Of a stretch of 64,000 nt of DNA, positions 18,681 through 30,579 are shown in pieces. A program made the translations under genes and the position numbers. The DNA is from an uncultured delta proteobacterium (GTDB lineage Bacteria; Desulfobacterota; Binatia; HRBIN30; BPIQ01): NCBI GenBank assembly GCA_963761335.1, contig CAVXGR010000012.1:288001-352000 (forward strand). Direction: 5' to 3'. The notes below the pieces were generated by a model, which made no database searches, had not been told where the DNA came from, and saw only the letters and a program-made list of their open reading frames with translations. Every line of letters starts with the position of its first letter. Within the stretch, counting starts at the first letter, position 1.

Positions 18681-19987
18681 AGATAGCCGTCGTCGGAGCC
18701 AACGTAGATCACTGCCCCGTCTCCCGATACCGCCGGTGAGGAGCGCACCGACCCTCCGGTGGCGAAGGTCCAGAGCAGCTCGAGGGCCTCTCCCGATCCC
18801 GGATCGCGAAGGGCATAGACGACACCGTCGTCGGCGCCAAAGACGATCGTCCCGTCCTCGGTGACCGCCGGCGACGAGCGCACGGCGCTGCCTCCGGGAA
18901 CCGAGAAGGTCCGCAGCACCTGGAGATCGCTGTTGAAGGCGCGGACGATGCCGTCGGTCCCCGGAAGATAGATGGTGCCGTCGGCGCCGATTGCCGGCGA
19001 CGCCTCGAAGGGCGCGCCGCTTTCCGCGGCGAACTCCGCCGTCGCCGCCCCGGCGGCATTGACCGCAAAGACGGCGCCGGTGGTGTCGGCGATGTAGATG
19101 CGGCCGGCGGCGTCGATCGCCGGGGACGCGTTCATCGGCCCGCGTGCAGTGAAGGCCCACTGCGTCTGACCGGTCACCGGCATTACCGCGAAGAGCTGGC
19201 GGGTGTCGGTGGTGCCCGCGTAGTACACCGTGCCGTCGCTGCCGAGGGCCGGCGAGGCGCGCACCTGCGCCATCAGCGACGACCAGCGGAGCACCAGGTT
19301 CGGGCACAGAGCGTAGAGGCCGCCGGTCACCGAGCCCACGTACACCACCCCCAGATTGGACGGATCGCTGCCGATGGAGACGGACGCGGCCAGAAAGCCG
19401 ATGAGCAGCGAGCGCGTCCTTGCCCCGGAGCCATCGGCGGCGTTCAGGGTGTAGAGGCCGCCATCCCCCGAGGTGATGAAGATCTGCTGACTGGCATCGA
19501 TGGCCGGAGAGCTGGTGATCGAGGCGTCGGTGGGAAAACCGGGCGTGCAGTGACCGGCCGGGTCCCCCGGGCAATCGGCATCGGTGGTGCACACGCCGCG
19601 CAGGTTGGTGCCGCCGTCACACAGTTTCCACTCGTTCGCTCCCTGGTCGCCGGTGAAGGCATACAGCTTGCCGTCGGAGGAGCCGACGTAAACATCTCCC
19701 CCCTTGCCGATCGACGGCGAGGAAGCCACGGCGCCGCCGGTCAGCTGCCGCCAGCGGCAGCGACCGGCACCGGCCGCACAGCTCTCGAACGAGTCGCTGG
19801 CCGGAGCCTCGGTAGCCGCGGCCGTCACCGGAGCAAGACCGGTGTTCTGCGCATCGTGGCGGAACTTCGGCCAGGCGGAGGACGCCAGTGGGCTGCCACC
19901 CTCGAGGCTGCAGGTGAGCGCACCCCCGCTGCCGCAGGCGCTGAGCGCCGCAGCGAGGAAGAGCCAGAGCAACTGCCGGTGATTCAT
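18662..19987 (-). CDS. PQQ-like (BamB-type) beta-propeller lipoprotein with Cys-rich insert
   Basis: Lipobox LSAC; WPKFRHDAQNTG; repeated SSPAI..DG.VY.GS.DG blades; insert CDGGTNLRGVCTTDADCPGDPAGHC. Confidence 0.85.
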   Translation of the reverse strand: MNHRQLLWLFLAAALSACGSGGALTCSLEGGSPLASSAWPKFRHDAQNTGLAPVTAAATEAPASDSFESCAAGAGRCRWRQLTGGAVASSPSIGKGGDVYVGSSDGKLYAFTGDQGANEWKLCDGGTNLRGVCTTDADCPGDPAGHCTPGFPTDASITSSPAIDASQQIFITSGDGGLYTLNAADGSGARTRSLLIGFLAASVSIGSDPSNLGVVYVGSVTGGLYALCPNLVLRWSSLMAQVRASPALGSDGTVYYAGTTDTRQLFAVMPVTGQTQWAFTARGPMNASPAIDAAGRIYIADTTGAVFAVNAAGAATAEFAAESGAPFEASPAIGADGTIYLPGTDGIVRAFNSDLQVLRTFSVPGGSAVRSSPAVTEDGTIVFGADDGVVYALRDPGSGEALELLWTFATGGSVRSSPAVSGDGAVIYVGSDDGYLYSLRF

Positions 19988-19992
19988 ACTCC

Positions 19993-21531
19993 TCAGCCTC
20001 CGCCGATTGCGTAGAGGAATCCGTCGTCGGAGCCGATGTAGACGGTTCCGTCGGCGGCCATCGCCGGTGAGCCGTGGATGGCTCCCAGCGCCGTGCAGCT
20101 TCCGCCGGGGCCGCAGTCCGCGTCGGTATCGCACGGACCGAGACCAGCGTCGCCGCCGGAGCAGAAGCGCGACAGCGACCAGCGCACCTTCACCAGCCCA
20201 TCCGCGTCCGCAGCCGGAAAGCAGGTGCTCGACGGATCGCCGGGACACTCGGCGTCGCTTCGACACGGCTGTCCGATCGCATCGCCGCCGAGGCAGAGGC
20301 GGCGCTGAACCGCGAACAGGGTGGCGGGGGTGCCCGCCGGAGGTGCGGTGGCAAAGACGATGGAGCCGTCCACGCCTGTGGACGGAGAGCCGCTCACCGG
20401 CGCTCCCGCCTCGAAGAGGCGGGGGTCACAGCTTCCCGACGGGCAATCGGCATCGACGGTACACGGCTCGCCGGCGCTCTCGCCTCCGAGGCACATCCCC
20501 GCCGCCTGTCCGGTCTTCTGGTTGAGCACGTAGAGCGCGCCCGCGGAGTCGACCACGGCCAGCTCCTCGACCAGCTGCGCCACGATGTTGCGCGTCTGAA
20601 AGGCCGGCGGGCCGGCGGGGGGGCTCTCCATGTCGAAACGCGCCCCCCAGGCCTCGCTCTCGTCGGGATTGATGGCGACCACCTGGCCGAGGCCATCGGC
20701 GGCGGTGAGCACCTGGAAGAGGACGTCGACGCCGACCGCCGGAGCGGCTGCGGGTGAGACCGTGGCGGTGCCGTGGGGAAAGCGAAAGACGCCGATCGAG
20801 CCCTGGCGGCTGAAACCGATCAGGCCGACATCGGAGAAGGCGGAGTAGACCACCCCGTTCTGATCGATCGCCGCAGGACCGGCCAGACCGCCGCCGGCCA
20901 AGTAGGACCAACGCAGCTCGCCGGCGGCGCCACCGATCGCGAAGAAGTGCCCGTCCGCGGAGCCGAAGAAAACCGCGGAGGTGCGGTTCTCCACCACGTC
21001 GACGTCCAGAAGCGGTGAGAAGCGCACCGCGGCACCCCCTTGCCCCGTGGCGCCCTGGCAGGCACCGCTTCGCCCCGTGTCGAAGCACCAGATCTGCGCG
21101 CCGCTCGAATCCACCGCGAAGACGCGGCCGTCCTCCGTTCCGAAGTAGACGTTGTCGTTCGTATCTACCGCCGGCGACGAGTCGACCGGGGCAATCGCCG
21201 GGGCGCCGCTCGAAGGGAAGGACCAACGCACCGAGCCGTCGGGATTCACGGCCACCAGCCTTCCCTCGGGGGCGCCGGCCGTCGATTCGACGGTTGCGTA
21301 GACAATGCCATGGACGCCGACGGCCGGCGTGGTGCCGAGCGGGCCGCCGAGGTCGGTGCGCCACTTCAGGTTGCCGGCGTTGTTGGTCAGATCGAAGCCG
21401 GCGCCGCTGTTGCGGCTGTCGGCCCGAGAGCGGCTCCACTGCGGCTGCGGTGCCAGCAGGGTGCCGGAGCCACCGGAGCCGCAGCCGACAACGAGCCCGG
21501 CGAGAAGGACAAAGGCGAGTGGGCGCTGCAT
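19993..21531 (-). CDS. PQQ-like beta-propeller lipoprotein with three Cys-rich inserts
   Basis: Lipobox VVGC; WSRSRADSRNSG; SSPAVD..VYFGTEDG blades; three C-x-GG...C-xx-DA(D/E)C...C modules. Confidence 0.85.
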   Translation of the reverse strand: MQRPLAFVLLAGLVVGCGSGGSGTLLAPQPQWSRSRADSRNSGAGFDLTNNAGNLKWRTDLGGPLGTTPAVGVHGIVYATVESTAGAPEGRLVAVNPDGSVRWSFPSSGAPAIAPVDSSPAVDTNDNVYFGTEDGRVFAVDSSGAQIWCFDTGRSGACQGATGQGGAAVRFSPLLDVDVVENRTSAVFFGSADGHFFAIGGAAGELRWSYLAGGGLAGPAAIDQNGVVYSAFSDVGLIGFSRQGSIGVFRFPHGTATVSPAAAPAVGVDVLFQVLTAADGLGQVVAINPDESEAWGARFDMESPPAGPPAFQTRNIVAQLVEELAVVDSAGALYVLNQKTGQAAGMCLGGESAGEPCTVDADCPSGSCDPRLFEAGAPVSGSPSTGVDGSIVFATAPPAGTPATLFAVQRRLCLGGDAIGQPCRSDAECPGDPSSTCFPAADADGLVKVRWSLSRFCSGGDAGLGPCDTDADCGPGGSCTALGAIHGSPAMAADGTVYIGSDDGFLYAIGGG

Positions 21532-21610
21532 CGCGACCCCATTGTCACAGCAGACCGCCAAACTCAATCCGCAGGCTCGCGGCAGGCGCCGTGGCCGCGC
21601 CCCCCGTGGA

Positions 21611-22138
21611 TCAGAGCGCCGGCCGCTGCGCCAGCAGGCGTGCCAGAAAGACCGGCTCGCCGCCGTCCGCGAAGCGCCCCTCTTCGTAGCGCAGCACCCG
21701 CAGGTCGTCGAAGAGTCGCAGCAGCTCGTTGTGTCCGAGAGTGAAGGCGGGGTTGCGCGGATGCCCGAGCTGCAACTGATCCTCGATGAAGGTCTCGAAG
21801 AGCAGCATGCCGCCGGGGCGCAGCGCCGCTTTCATCGCGGGTACCAGCGAGCGCTGCAGGTAGCGGACGTTGACAATCACGTCGAACGAACAGCGCGCCA
21901 GCGGATAGCTCTCGAGATCCGCCTGCACGGCCAGCACCTCGACTCCACTTGCGATGGCGGCGGAACGGGCGCGGCGCAGCGCTTGCGGAGATCGATCGAT
22001 GCCGACGACCGCGTGGCCCCGCCGCGCCAGAAAGACGGCGTTGCGCCCCTCGCCCATGGCGACATCGAGAACGCGGCCGGGGGGAAGCAGCTCGGCGACG
22101 CGGGCCAGAAAGACGGACGGAGAGCAAGCCGCGGACAT
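21611..22138 (-). CDS. Class I SAM-dependent methyltransferase (TehB-like)
   Basis: GRVLDVAMGEGRNAVFLA, FDVIVNVRYLQR, LRPGGMLLFETF. Confidence 0.88.
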   Translation of the reverse strand: MSAACSPSVFLARVAELLPPGRVLDVAMGEGRNAVFLARRGHAVVGIDRSPQALRRARSAAIASGVEVLAVQADLESYPLARCSFDVIVNVRYLQRSLVPAMKAALRPGGMLLFETFIEDQLQLGHPRNPAFTLGHNELLRLFDDLRVLRYEEGRFADGGEPVFLARLLAQRPAL

Positions 22139-22148
22139 CTCAGGCAAC

Positions 22149-22868
22149 TCAGGCGACCGCCCGCGCCAGAACGAATACGTCGACGTTGGCGGCGCCGGCA
22201 GCTCGCAGCGTGCGACTGCACTCGTTGGTGGTGGCGCCCGAGGTATAGACGTCATCCACCAGAAGCACACGGCGGCGGGCGACGCGGGCCCGATCGGCGA
22301 CGGCGAAGGCGCCGCGAACGTTGCGGCGGCGCTGCCTCCCCTCGAGGCCGACCTGCGGAGGAGTTGCACGGACGCGCTCGAGGGCGAACGGATCGATGAC
22401 CAGACCGAGGCGCCCCGCCAGAGTCTCCGCCAAGAGCTGCGCCTGGTTGAAGCCGCGCCAGCGAAGACGCCGCAGGTGCAGCGGCACTGGCACGATCAGA
22501 TCGTATGCGTCGGTTGCGAAGGGGAAGCGCGCGGCGAAGACCGCGCCCAGGGCGCCGGCGAGGTGGAGCTCGCGGCCGTACTTGTACCGGTGCAGGACGG
22601 TGCCCAGAGGACTCCGCTCCTCCGCGTGCGCCGCGTAGAGAGCGCCGGCGGCGGCGCGGCGGAAGTAGCGCCGCTCGGAAATACAGGCGCGACAGAGCGG
22701 CGCGGCAGCAATCCCGGAAAGAGGCAAGCCGCAGCAGCGGCAGCTCGGAGCCGGCGGCACCTCGATCCGCCCCAGGCAGGCGCTGCAGAAACGCGGCGGA
22801 TGCGGCGCCGCGCATCCCGGGCAGCTCGGCGGAAACATCCAGTCGAGCGCCGTCGACCAGAGAGACAT
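22149..22868 (-). CDS. comF: ComF family (zinc ribbon + phosphoribosyltransferase) protein
   Basis: FPPSCPGC..CSAC..CRCCG..CRAC, PVPLH..R..RGFNQA, LLVDDVYTSGAT. Confidence 0.93.
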   Translation of the reverse strand: MSLWSTALDWMFPPSCPGCAAPHPPRFCSACLGRIEVPPAPSCRCCGLPLSGIAAAPLCRACISERRYFRRAAAGALYAAHAEERSPLGTVLHRYKYGRELHLAGALGAVFAARFPFATDAYDLIVPVPLHLRRLRWRGFNQAQLLAETLAGRLGLVIDPFALERVRATPPQVGLEGRQRRRNVRGAFAVADRARVARRRVLLVDDVYTSGATTNECSRTLRAAGAANVDVFVLARAVA

Positions 22869-22987
22869 GGCGTGATGATATTCCCCGGAGCGTCCCAAGG
22901 CGAGGTGTTGGGTGTTGAGGTGTTGGCTGTTGGGGACGTCGTGATCGTGCCGGGCGAAGACCTCAGCAGCTCGACACCTCGACGTGC

Positions 22988-23323
22988 TCACTCCGGTGGC
23001 CGATCATAGCTCTTCCAGGACCCTCTCTGCCGCAGGCGCTTCACTTCCGACGCGGTCTGCCGATGATTGCGGCCGAGGGCGCCGAGGAGCTGATTGGTCA
23101 TCTCCGCCGCCAGCTCGTCCTGGATCGAGCCGGCACCGCGCGGATCGGCGGAGAGGAAGGCGGAAATCTCGCCCTGGCTGTGGCCGGTGGCCTCGAAGGC
23201 GGCGAGGAGGTCAGGCAGGGCACTGCCTTCGGGCCGCGCCACATACAGCGCCCAGAGGGTCGTGCAGGCGGCGCATCGTCGGCGCCACCAGCCGGCGGGC
23301 CTGCGGCAGATATTGCAGCGCAT
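22988..23323 (-). CDS. Hypothetical protein with N-terminal CxxC...CxxC motif
   Basis: MRCNICRRPAGWWRRRCAAC; extended -10 TG-C-TACAAT 8 nt upstream of ATG. Confidence 0.65.
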   Translation of the reverse strand: MRCNICRRPAGWWRRRCAACTTLWALYVARPEGSALPDLLAAFEATGHSQGEISAFLSADPRGAGSIQDELAAEMTNQLLGALGRNHRQTASEVKRLRQRGSWKSYDRPPE

Positions 23324-23394
23324 GGGAGGGGATTGTAGCAAAGCCCGGCGCTGCGGACAGCCGCGGCCCTCCGCATCACCCGGCCCCTGCCGTT

Positions 23395-23423
23395 TTGACT
23401 GTGCCGGCGGGGCGTACTATAAA
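23395..23423 (+). promoter_or_regulatory. sigma70-like promoter of a probable leaderless transcript
   Basis: TTGACT-N17-TATAAA, then 6 nt to GTG 23430. Confidence 0.6.
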
Positions 23424-23429
23424 ATTTCC

Positions 23430-23603
23430 GTGCTCAAACGCTTTCTCGTGGGTTTCGTGATCGGCATGGCGCTCGCACACTGGTACTTGTACGACAGCGG
23501 TCCAGCATTCACCGGCGTCAACAGCTGGTTCCAGCGTTCGAAGGATAACTACACGGACCAGAAAACCCACGACGCCGCCGGCAGAATACTCGACAACCGT
23601 TGA
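23430..23603 (+). CDS. Small single-TM protein (57 aa)
   Basis: MLKRFLVGFVIGMALAHWYLY...; promoter directly upstream; abuts the CoA-transferase gene. Confidence 0.6.
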   Translation: MLKRFLVGFVIGMALAHWYLYDSGPAFTGVNSWFQRSKDNYTDQKTHDAAGRILDNR

Positions 23604-23605
23604 GT

Positions 23606-24799
23606 ATGCCGGGCGCCCTCCATGGCGTCCGCGTCGTCGATCTGACGCGCGTGATCGCCGGTCCATACTGCACGAGCATCCTCGCCGACATGGGTGCGGA
23701 AGTGATCAAAATCGAGCTGCCCGGACGGGGCGACGACGCCCGCTACGGCTACCCCACCGTCGAGGACGAGCCGGTGGCCTTTCTGGCGCTCAATCGCAAC
23801 AAGAAGGGCATCACCCTCGACGTGCGCACCGAGGACGGCAAGGCGCTGTTGCGGCGGCTGCTCAGCCATGCCGACGTGCTGGTGGAGAACTTCGCCGCCG
23901 GCACCATGGATCGCTGGGGCCTCGGCTACGCCGACCTGCATCCGCAGTACCCGCGACTCGTCTATGCGGCGCTCTCCGGGTTTGGACGCGACGGCCCCTA
24001 CGCCGGCCGGACCTCCTACGACATCATCGCCCAGGCGATGGGTGGGCTGATGTCGCTCACCGGCTTTCCCGACGGGCCACCGACCCGGGGCGGCGGCTCG
24101 CTCGGCGACTTCATCGGAGGAATGGCACTGGCGGTCGGCATCCTCTGCGCGCTGCACCACCAGCAGCGCACCGGGGCCGGTCAGCTCGTCGACATCTCCA
24201 ACATGGACGCCGTCTTCACCATGCTCGACAATTGGCAGACGGTGTCCGCGATGACGGGACGGGCACCGCAGCGCTACGGCAATCGCCACCCGTTCACGGC
24301 TCCGTACGACTGCCATCTGGCCGCGGACGGCTACGTGGTCATCGGCGTCGGCAACAACGCCCTGTTTCGCAGCCTGATGGAGGCCATCGGCCGGCCGGAG
24401 CTCGGTCGTGACGAGCGCTTCCGCGGACCGCGGCAACGGCTGGCGCACTCCGCCGAGATCAACCGCATCGTCGGCGAGTGGGTGGCGGAGCGCAGCGTCG
24501 CTGCCGTCGTCGAGGCCCTCGGCCCCGATGGCGCCAACGTTCCGTGCGCCCCGGTGATGGACGTCGACGACCTGTTGGAGGATCCGCAGGTGCGGGCGCG
24601 GCAGATGCTGGTCTCGCTGCCGCATGAGAAGCTCGGCGAGGTACCGGTCACCGGAAGCCCGTACAAGCTATCGGCCACGCCGCCCCGCCTCGACCATCTC
24701 GGCCCTTCGCTGGGGCAGCACAACCACGAGGTGTACGCCGACATGCTCGGCTTGGCGCCAGAAGAGATCGACCGACTACGGACTGCAGGAGTGATTTGA
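23606..24799 (+). CDS. Family III CoA-transferase (CaiB/BaiF)
   Basis: GVRVVDLTRVIAGPYC..LADMGAEVIKIE, NRNKKGITLD, DVLVENF, YDIIAQAMGGLM. Confidence 0.95.
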   Translation: MPGALHGVRVVDLTRVIAGPYCTSILADMGAEVIKIELPGRGDDARYGYPTVEDEPVAFLALNRNKKGITLDVRTEDGKALLRRLLSHADVLVENFAAGTMDRWGLGYADLHPQYPRLVYAALSGFGRDGPYAGRTSYDIIAQAMGGLMSLTGFPDGPPTRGGGSLGDFIGGMALAVGILCALHHQQRTGAGQLVDISNMDAVFTMLDNWQTVSAMTGRAPQRYGNRHPFTAPYDCHLAADGYVVIGVGNNALFRSLMEAIGRPELGRDERFRGPRQRLAHSAEINRIVGEWVAERSVAAVVEALGPDGANVPCAPVMDVDDLLEDPQVRARQMLVSLPHEKLGEVPVTGSPYKLSATPPRLDHLGPSLGQHNHEVYADMLGLAPEEIDRLRTAGVI

Positions 24800-24800
24800 C

Positions 24801-25292
24801 ATGCCGGGAACAGTGCAAGAGCTACCCGTTTTGCAGAAGCTCAAGAAGGAGCTGGCCGATCTACAGTACGAGCTCCACAACAAGCTGCCGAAGGAGCTGG
24901 AGGCGGCTCGCGCCCACGGCGATCTGAGTGAGAATGCCGAGTACGACGCCTGCAAGGAGCGCCAGGGAATCCTCAACGCCCGCATTGGCCAGATGGCCTC
25001 CCGCATCCAGGAGCTGTCCATGTACAGCGTCAGCTCGATCCCCCACGGGGTCGTGGCCTACGGCACCCGGGTGACCATCGAGGACCTCGACGACGGCGAG
25101 TCGGCGACCTACGAGATCGTCTTCCCGGAGGAGGCGAACGTCGCCGCCGGCATGATCTCGGTGAACTCGCCAGTGGGCCGGGCGCTCCTCAACAAGGCCG
25201 AGGGAGACGAGATCGAGGTGCAGACACCCAAGGGAAAGAAGGCCTACCAGATCGTCTCCCTGCGCACTCTGCACGATCGGGCCACGGAGTAG
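24801..25292 (+). CDS. greA: Transcription elongation factor GreA
   Basis: ARAHGDLSENAEYDA, ISVNSPVGRALL. Confidence 0.95.
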   Translation: MPGTVQELPVLQKLKKELADLQYELHNKLPKELEAARAHGDLSENAEYDACKERQGILNARIGQMASRIQELSMYSVSSIPHGVVAYGTRVTIEDLDDGESATYEIVFPEEANVAAGMISVNSPVGRALLNKAEGDEIEVQTPKGKKAYQIVSLRTLHDRATE

Positions 25293-25376
25293 AGGGCGTC
25301 GGCGGCCTCCTGGAATAGGCGAGATCGCCCGCCGAGAGGGGGGCGGCGCCGCTCGAGAGACTGTCTCAAAACCGAA

Positions 25377-25426
25377 CTAAAAGCGCCGTCCCGGAGCTTT
25401 CCGAAGCGGCAAGACGCCGCTTCTTC
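25377..25426. repeat. GTAG-type REP doublet, degenerate copy 3 (reverse orientation)
   Basis: CTAAAAGCGCCGTCCCGGAGCTTTCCGAAGCGGCAAGACGCCGCTTCTTC matches the reverse complement of 3092-3141 with several mismatches. Confidence 0.65.
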
Positions 25427-25630
25427 CTTGACCAGCAGGCCGGCGGAATCGTTTTGCCCGGATTTTGACACGGCCGCTCGAACCGGGGGCGGCCCGGCCG
25501 GGCCTCGCCTGCCCATAAGTCTCGCAGTCCCGGGGGTTTCGACCGTCCGCGAGCCCCCCGGCACCGGCCGGGCAGCTTGCGGCATCTGACCCCCTGTGCT
25601 AAATCCGCCTTATCTTCAGGCCGTTCTGAG

Positions 25631-25657
25631 GTGGGCCTCGCGCCCACTTTTTTATTT
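25631..25657 (+). terminator. rimP leader terminator-like hairpin
   Basis: GTGGGC-CTCGC-GCCCAC-TTTTTTATTT immediately upstream of rimP, matching the widespread rimP leader motif. Confidence 0.8.
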
Positions 25658-25666
25658 GGTACAACA

Positions 25667-26149
25667 ATGCAGTCAGCGACGACCCAGCGCGTCTGGGCGC
25701 TTGTGGAGCCCATTGCCGGGGACAAGGGACTGGAAATCGTGGATATCGAGCTACATCGGGAAGGACGCGGAAACGTCCTGCGCGTCTATATGGACGGCCA
25801 GGGAGGCGGCGGGGTCGATCTGGAAACCCTCAGCCAGGTCAGTCGGGAGCTCAGCGCCGTCCTCGATGTCGACGACACCATCCCCGGTCGATATACTCTC
25901 GAGGTGTCCTCACCGGGCATCAATCGCCGCTTGCGGGTTCCGGAGCAGTTCCGCCGCTACATCGGTCAGCGGGTGCGGGTGCGTTCGACCGAGCCCATCG
26001 GCGGGCGCCGGACGTTTCTCGGCACCCTCGTCGCGGTTCAGGCGGACGGCGTCGTGGTGGACACCGACGGACACGAGAGCTTCGTGCCCTTCGCATCGGT
26101 TGCGCAGGCAAACTATGAGTACGATTTCGGCGCCGACCACGGCCATTGA
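25667..26149 (+). CDS. rimP: Ribosome maturation factor RimP
   Basis: LRVYMD, YTLEVSSPGINRRL; precedes nusA. Confidence 0.95.
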   Translation: MQSATTQRVWALVEPIAGDKGLEIVDIELHREGRGNVLRVYMDGQGGGGVDLETLSQVSRELSAVLDVDDTIPGRYTLEVSSPGINRRLRVPEQFRRYIGQRVRVRSTEPIGGRRTFLGTLVAVQADGVVVDTDGHESFVPFASVAQANYEYDFGADHGH

Positions 26150-26170
26150 TCAGGTGCGCTAGGAGGCACG

Positions 26171-27531
<1,361 letters not shown>

Positions 27532-27535
<4 letters not shown>

Positions 27536-27810
27536 GGGGCCGGGAGCACGTCCCAGTTCGCTCCTGCACCGGCTGTGGAGAGCGCGCCCCGCAGAGGGAC
27601 CTGGTCCGCTTCGTCTCGCGCGGAGCCGATCTGGATCTCGATCTGCACAGAGCCACCAGCGGTCGGGGCGCCTACCTGCACCCACGGGCCGCCTGCTGGG
27701 ATCGCTTCATCGCCCGCAAGCCGCCGCTGCGCTCACTGCGGCGCTCGGTGGATCGCCGCCGGCGCGAAGAGCTGGTTGAACGGCTGCGTCAGGCGGCTAC
27801 GAGAGGTTGA
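27532..27810 (+). CDS. ylxR: YlxR family RNA-binding protein
   Basis: [20 protein letters not shown]; between nusA and infB. Confidence 0.93.
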
Positions 27811-27815
27811 ACTCG

Positions 27816-30563
27816 ATGTCTTCGAAGAAGCGCATCAGCGAATGGGCAAAGGAATGGAACGTCGAAACCAAGGACGTTCTCGCCGCACTGGACCGCCTCG
27901 GACGTCGCAATCGCAAGCCGCAGAGCTCGATGGCGGAAGATGAGGCGCAGCAGCTGTACGACGAGATGCATCTGAGCCCGCAGGCCAGCGCCTCCGTCGG
28001 CAACGAGCGCGTCGTCGAAGAAGAGGGACACACCGTCGTCGAGCGGCGCGTGCGCGCCAACGTCATCCGGCGCCGAACCACGCGCCATGAGGAGGAGTCC
28101 GCGGGAGCGGTGCCGCCGCCCGTCGAGGCCCTGCCCTCGGCCACCGAGGCTCTCGAGCCGTTCATGCCCGTGGGCCTAGCCGACCTGTCGCCGGAGTCAG
28201 CGGCACCGATCACACCCGCACCGCCCCCGGCCGTCGTCACCGCGCCGCCGCCACCGTCGGCGGCCGCCGAAGAGGTTGTCGCGGAAGCGCCGGCCACCGC
28301 CGAGATCGAGGCGGAGGCGCCGGAGCCGGCGCGGGCGACGCCTGCGACGGCCCCACCTGCTCCCGCGGCGGTCGCCACGGCTGCCAGCCCCACTGCACCG
28401 GCAGCCGCCCAGCCGGCCCCGGCGGCGCCCAAGAGGCCGCTCATGTCGGATGGCATGCAGGGGCCGAAGGTCCTCGGCAGGATCGACTTGAAGAAGGCCG
28501 AGGCAGCGCGCCTCGCCGAGCGCAGCGCGGCGCAGCGCCGCAGCGCCGCGCCCGCTCCCGCCGCGGCGGCACCCGCTCCCGGCGCCCCCCCTGGTGAGGA
28601 GGAGGCAAAGCCCGGTCAGAAGCGCAAGAAGCGCCGGGTGATCAAGAAGTCCGAGCTGCCGGAGATCCAGGACCGCGAGTTCCGTCACGGCAAGATGCCG
28701 CGCAAGAAGCGGGCACAGCCGGGCAAGGAGCAGAAGCGCACGGAGATCACCACTCCCAAGGCCAGCAAGCGCGTGGTGCGCATCTCCGAGGTGATCACCG
28801 TCGGCGAGCTCGCCCGGGCGATGGGGGTCAAGGCCGGAGAAGTCATCAGGAAGCTGATGGACAACGGCATGATGGCCACCATCAACCAGGTGCTCGACCA
28901 CGACACCGCGACCCTGATCGCCACCGAGTTCGAGTACAACGTCGAGAACGTCGCCTTCGACGCCGAGCAGGCGATCGAGGAGAGCCACGAGGCGCAGCCG
29001 GAGGAGGCGCAGACGCCGCGTCCGCCGGTGGTCACCATCATGGGCCACGTCGATCACGGCAAGACCTCCCTTCTTGACGCCGTCCGCGAGACCAATGTCA
29101 CCGCCCAGGAAGCCGGCGGCATCACCCAGCACATCGGCGCCTACAGCGTTCAAGTGAACGACAAGGAGGTGACCTTCCTCGATACGCCGGGCCACGAAGC
29201 CTTTACCGCGATGCGCGCCCGCGGCGCCAAGGTCACCGACATCGTCGTGCTGGTGGTCGCCGCCGACGACGGCGTCATGCCGCAGACGGCGGAGGCCATC
29301 AACCACGCCCGCGCCGCCGAGGTGCCGATCATCGTCGCCATCAACAAGATCGACAAGCTGGACGCCAACCCGGAACGCGTCAAGCAGGAGCTCGGCGACC
29401 ACGGCCTCGCTCCCGAGGACTGGGGTGGCGACACGGTCTGCGTGCCGGTGTCGGCGAAGACCAAAGAGGGAATTCCGCATCTCCTGGAGATGCTCTTGCT
29501 GCAGGCGGATATGCTCGAGCTCAAGGCCAACGCCGACAAGCTCGCTCGCGGCACCATCGTCGAGGCGCGCCTCGATCGCGGCCGCGGCGCCGTGGCCACC
29601 GTGCTGGTGCAGGAGGGTACGCTCAAGGTCGGCGATCCCTTCGTCTGCGGTGGCACCTATGGCCGTATCCGCGCCATGGTGGACGACAAGGGCCGCAAGG
29701 TCGACACCGCCGGCCCCTCGCACCCGGTCGAGATCCTCGGCCTGCAGGCCGTTCCCGAGGCCGGAAACTCCTTCGTCGCCGTTGCCGACGAGGCGACGGC
29801 ACGGCAGGTCGCCGAGCATCGCCGCGGCAAGCAGCGCGAGGCCGAGATGGCGAAGACCAGCAAGGTCTCGCTCGAGGACCTCTACCAGCAGATCCAGGCC
29901 GGCGACGTCAAGGAGCTGCGCGTCATCATCAAGGCCGATGTGCAGGGCTCCGTCGAGGCGCTCTCCGAGGCACTGCGCCGGCTGTCGACCGATGAGGTCC
30001 GGCTCAACGTCCTGCACGCCTCGGTCGGCGGCATCTCCGAGAGCGACGTCCTCCTGGCCACCGCCTCGAATGCCATCATCATCGGCTTCAACGTGCGCCC
30101 CGAATCCAAGGCGAACACGGTCGCCGAGCGCGAAGGCGTGGAGATCCGCCCGTACACCGTCATCTACGATGCCGTGAACGACGTGCGCGACGCCATGGAA
30201 GGACTGCTCGAGCCGATGGTGCGCGAGCGCACCCTCGCCCGCGCCGAGGTGCGACAGGTGTTCAACGTCGGCTCCTTCGGCACCATCGCCGGCTGCTTCA
30301 TCACCGAGGGCAAGATCACCCGCGGCGCGCTCGGGCGTCTCGTCCGCGATCACGTCGTCGTCCACGACGGCCGCATCGGTAGCCTGCGACGCTTCAAGGA
30401 GGACGTGCGCGAGGTCGCCTCCGGTTACGAGTGCGGCATCGGCTTCGAGAACTACGGCGACATCAAGACCGGCGACATCATCGAGGCCTACGAGACGGAG
30501 CGCGTCGTGCGCCGGCTCACGCCGACCAGCGGCAAGGCCGCCGCCGCCGAGCGCCGCGCCTGA
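27816..30563 (+). CDS. infB: Translation initiation factor IF-2
   Basis: [50 protein letters not shown]. Confidence 0.99.
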   Translation: MSSKKRISEWAKEWNVETKDVLAALDRLGRRNRKPQSSMAEDEAQQLYDEMHLSPQASASVGNERVVEEEGHTVVERRVRANVIRRRTTRHEEESAGAVPPPVEALPSATEALEPFMPVGLADLSPESAAPITPAPPPAVVTAPPPPSAAAEEVVAEAPATAEIEAEAPEPARATPATAPPAPAAVATAASPTAPAAAQPAPAAPKRPLMSDGMQGPKVLGRIDLKKAEAARLAERSAAQRRSAAPAPAAAAPAPGAPPGEEEAKPGQKRKKRRVIKKSELPEIQDREFRHGKMPRKKRAQPGKEQKRTEITTPKASKRVVRISEVITVGELARAMGVKAGEVIRKLMDNGMMATINQVLDHDTATLIATEFEYNVENVAFDAEQAIEESHEAQPEEAQTPRPPVVTIMGHVDHGKTSLLDAVRETNVTAQEAGGITQHIGAYSVQVNDKEVTFLDTPGHEAFTAMRARGAKVTDIVVLVVAADDGVMPQTAEAINHARAAEVPIIVAINKIDKLDANPERVKQELGDHGLAPEDWGGDTVCVPVSAKTKEGIPHLLEMLLLQADMLELKANADKLARGTIVEARLDRGRGAVATVLVQEGTLKVGDPFVCGGTYGRIRAMVDDKGRKVDTAGPSHPVEILGLQAVPEAGNSFVAVADEATARQVAEHRRGKQREAEMAKTSKVSLEDLYQQIQAGDVKELRVIIKADVQGSVEALSEALRRLSTDEVRLNVLHASVGGISESDVLLATASNAIIIGFNVRPESKANTVAEREGVEIRPYTVIYDAVNDVRDAMEGLLEPMVRERTLARAEVRQVFNVGSFGTIAGCFITEGKITRGALGRLVRDHVVVHDGRIGSLRRFKEDVREVASGYECGIGFENYGDIKTGDIIEAYETERVVRRLTPTSGKAAAAERRA

Positions 30564-30579
30564 GTCGCCGGAACGGTCG

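Noticed and set aside
22903..22934. GTGTTG-like short tandem repeats upstream of comF
   Set aside because: Four degenerate 7-8 bp units with no spacers; simple repeat, not CRISPR or iterons
25430..25600. GC-rich stems between greA and rimP as a possible tRNA or ncRNA
   Set aside because: No cloverleaf with properly placed T-loop and acceptor stem could be built by eye
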